From assembly GCA_038826135.1 (NCBI GenBank), contig JAWBON010000010.1, positions 1-28,532 of the forward strand: a stretch of 28,532 nt of DNA, given 5' to 3'. The notes beneath the pieces are model-generated. The model did no database searches. It was not told the origin of the DNA and saw only the letters and a program-made list of their open reading frames with translations. The DNA comes from Candidatus Odinarchaeota archaeon. GTDB taxonomy: Archaea; Asgardarchaeota; Odinarchaeia; Odinarchaeales; Odinarchaeaceae. Both the position numbers and the translations under genes were made by a program. This document shows positions 26,673 through 28,532 of this stretch, in pieces. Positions within the stretch are counted from its first letter, which is position 1. Each line of letters opens with the position of its first letter.

Positions 26673-28098
26673 CACCCCGCTCACTGATAACTCTTAGATA
26701 AAGTCTTTTCAAAAACTCGGTTATCTTATATTGTATCATTGAATCTTTTAAGGTGTTACTAGATATTTTTTTAAGTGCTTTCATAGCACCAGAGCCATAT
26801 TGCATAGCCACCTTCCCGGCGAATATGTTTTCAGGTATACCAAGTTTTTCACCTAGAATTCTGAGCACATATTTTGAGATTAAAGAGTTTCCAACCAGCT
26901 TCAACTTATAAGCGTCAGGAATACTTCTAACATATGACACTACAGCAGGGTCTAAGTAGGGATATTTAATCTCTAAGTTAAATTTAAAAGCTAACTTCAT
27001 CTCTCTTTCAAGATTCCTATTCGATAATGAAAAAATATCTTGATCGCTAAGTTCCCTGACAAGTAAACCTTTTCTAAAAGCTTCCGTATATTTATGATAG
27101 CCGTAAAATATTTCATCAGCCCCTTGACCTGTGAAAATAATTTTTAACCCGTTTTCCTTAGCCTCATTAAAAGCAAAGTATTCGGGTATAGCTAGGCTGA
27201 CATTTAAAGTATCATATCGTTCAATTGTTAAAAGTATTTCAGGTAGAATACGCGCACAGTCTTCAACATTAAATAACACTTCTTTAACAGGCAGATTAAT
27301 TAATTTACGTGCTGCTCTAACATTCCGAATATCCTTAGAATCCTTTAAACCCGCTGTTATCAGTATTATTTCATTGTTAAAGGACTCATTAATTTTCATA
27401 ATTAACTTAGATAAAAGCAGTGAGTCTAATCCGCCTGAGAACATTATTCCAATTCTGTTATTTCCAGGTATACGTTTTAAAATGGATTCTGTTAAAAGTT
27501 TTTCAAGCCTTATAATAATAGACTGTGCGTCGGCAATTTTCTCTATAGTACTTGACGGAATCACAGGTTTAGGATAGTAATCTAATTCGGTTAAAGGTGA
27601 AGCACCAATTCTCCAAATATTTTTTTTAACATTAGAGTATATCTTAAAATCCGGGGTGGAATAGTATGTTAGTGGATAATGTCCCAAATGATCACCTATA
27701 ATCTTAACTTTATTGTTAACAGTGGTGACCGCTATAAACTTGGTGAAAAAAACGGATAAATTTTCTCGCAGATAATTATCATCATAAACATAGTTCTCTA
27801 AACATTTTCGGATACTGGTTGAAATCTCACTTAAAGATGATTCAGTCAAGTCTGTTCTTAACTCGCCGTATAACACTGCGGGGGTAATTGTTGAAATATT
27901 ATTGTTTAGATAGTTAATTATTTCATTGTCTGTTTGAAGCCCCACCGCGATATTAAAATCAGAGATTTTCACCATGAAAGAGGAGGCGCTGGCTCTCTCA
28001 CCGTTAATCCATAAATGAGTATATTTAAAGTCGTCCCTAATCAGTTTCTTTAATATTAGATTAGGGTTCTTTACGGTTAAGACCGCGAAAAGATTCAA
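26644..28098 (-). CDS. Asparagine synthetase (AsnB)-like ATP pyrophosphatase protein lacking the N-terminal catalytic Cys
   Basis: FSGGLDS, TGQGADEIFYGY, NLERE, YPYLD and KYVLR; the N-terminus MNLFAV lacks Cys1. Confidence 0.85.
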   Translation of the reverse strand: MNLFAVLTVKNPNLILKKLIRDDFKYTHLWINGERASASSFMVKISDFNIAVGLQTDNEIINYLNNNISTITPAVLYGELRTDLTESSLSEISTSIRKCLENYVYDDNYLRENLSVFFTKFIAVTTVNNKVKIIGDHLGHYPLTYYSTPDFKIYSNVKKNIWRIGASPLTELDYYPKPVIPSSTIEKIADAQSIIIRLEKLLTESILKRIPGNNRIGIMFSGGLDSLLLSKLIMKINESFNNEIILITAGLKDSKDIRNVRAARKLINLPVKEVLFNVEDCARILPEILLTIERYDTLNVSLAIPEYFAFNEAKENGLKIIFTGQGADEIFYGYHKYTEAFRKGLLVRELSDQDIFSLSNRNLEREMKLAFKFNLEIKYPYLDPAVVSYVRSIPDAYKLKLVGNSLISKYVLRILGEKLGIPENIFAGKVAMQYGSGAMKALKKISSNTLKDSMIQYKITEFLKRLYLRVISERGVIGKNTPVL

Positions 28099-28147
28099 GT
28101 TAATCCCTAATTAATTTAAAAATAAAAGAGAAGTGGAAAGAAGAGTT

Positions 28148-28532
28148 TTACTTAGACTTCCTCCCGGTTTTTTTAGCTTCTTCTTCATGTTTTTTCTGCA
28201 TTTCTTCTATGATTTGAAGCATTTCCTTGGATTCTTTCTTACTGTTCCAGATTACAACACCGACAGCCGCCATTAAGACGAACCCTATAACTGCATCCAC
28301 TACGACAGCGCCGACTTCGCCTGCTGCTATCGCAGCCCCAGCGTCCACTAAGCCGTATGCTATGAGCGGAGCGATTAGCAAGGATATTAGGTTGATCACT
28401 TTAATCATAGGGTTAATCGCCGGTCCAGCTGTGTCTTTTAACGGGTCACCCACTGTATCACCTATAACACTGACTTTATGCGCCTCTGAGTGTTTACCAC
28501 CGTATAATCCAGCTTCTATAGCTTTCTTAGAG
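28148..28532 (-). CDS. hppA: Membrane-bound H+/Na+-translocating pyrophosphatase, C-terminal part (gene continues beyond the window)
   Basis: The frame is open to the window edge: [44 protein letters not shown]. The supplied ORF 28148..28453 is only its tail. Confidence 0.95.
   Translation of the reverse strand, partial: SKKAIEAGLYGGKHSEAHKVSVIGDTVGDPLKDTAGPAINPMIKVINLISLLIAPLIAYGLVDAGAAIAAGEVGAVVVDAVIGFVLMAAVGVVIWNSKKESKEMLQIIEEMQKKHEEEAKKTGRKSK

Noticed and set aside
27131-27577. 148-aa + strand ORF
   Set aside because: Antisense shadow of the AsnB-like gene.
1-28532. CRISPR arrays, tRNA/rRNA, IS elements, integrases, origin (ORB) boxes, Sec/Pyl recoding
   Set aside because: No regularly spaced repeats, cloverleaf, transposase or recombinase motifs, ORB consensus, or in-frame TGA/TAG splitting a domain were seen by eye.

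Overview
AT-rich, gene-dense archaeal chromosomal window with about 20 CDS. I found no rRNA, tRNA, CRISPR array or transposase. Three longin-like domains, a Rab-like GTPase, a longin-fused Arf-like GTPase, GGTG-type Shine-Dalgarno motifs and an Nre protein point to an Asgard archaeon, possibly Odinarchaeia (inference, not a database result). Left to right: an Ig-repeat surface glycoprotein and a divergent aldehyde:ferredoxin oxidoreductase-family gene, bracketed by a 29-bp inverted repeat; a GH3-family acyl-amido synthetase; a longin-wHTH/methyltransferase pair; a bacterial-type uvrBAC operon whose uvrC GIY-YIG domain has no ATG/GTG/TTG start; an ABC-2 exporter; nreA; a tandem Lrp-like regulator; a small-GTPase signalling neighbourhood (TackOD1-like protein, Rab-like GTPase, longin-Arf-like GTPase, HD hydrolase, polytopic membrane protein ending in a longin domain, PAP2 phosphatase); an AsnB-like protein without Cys1; and the 3' end of a membrane pyrophosphatase gene. 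The most promising leads are the GTPase/longin membrane module, the AOR-GH3 pairing, the probable ACG start of uvrC and the inverted repeat. All family calls come from motif recognition by eye.
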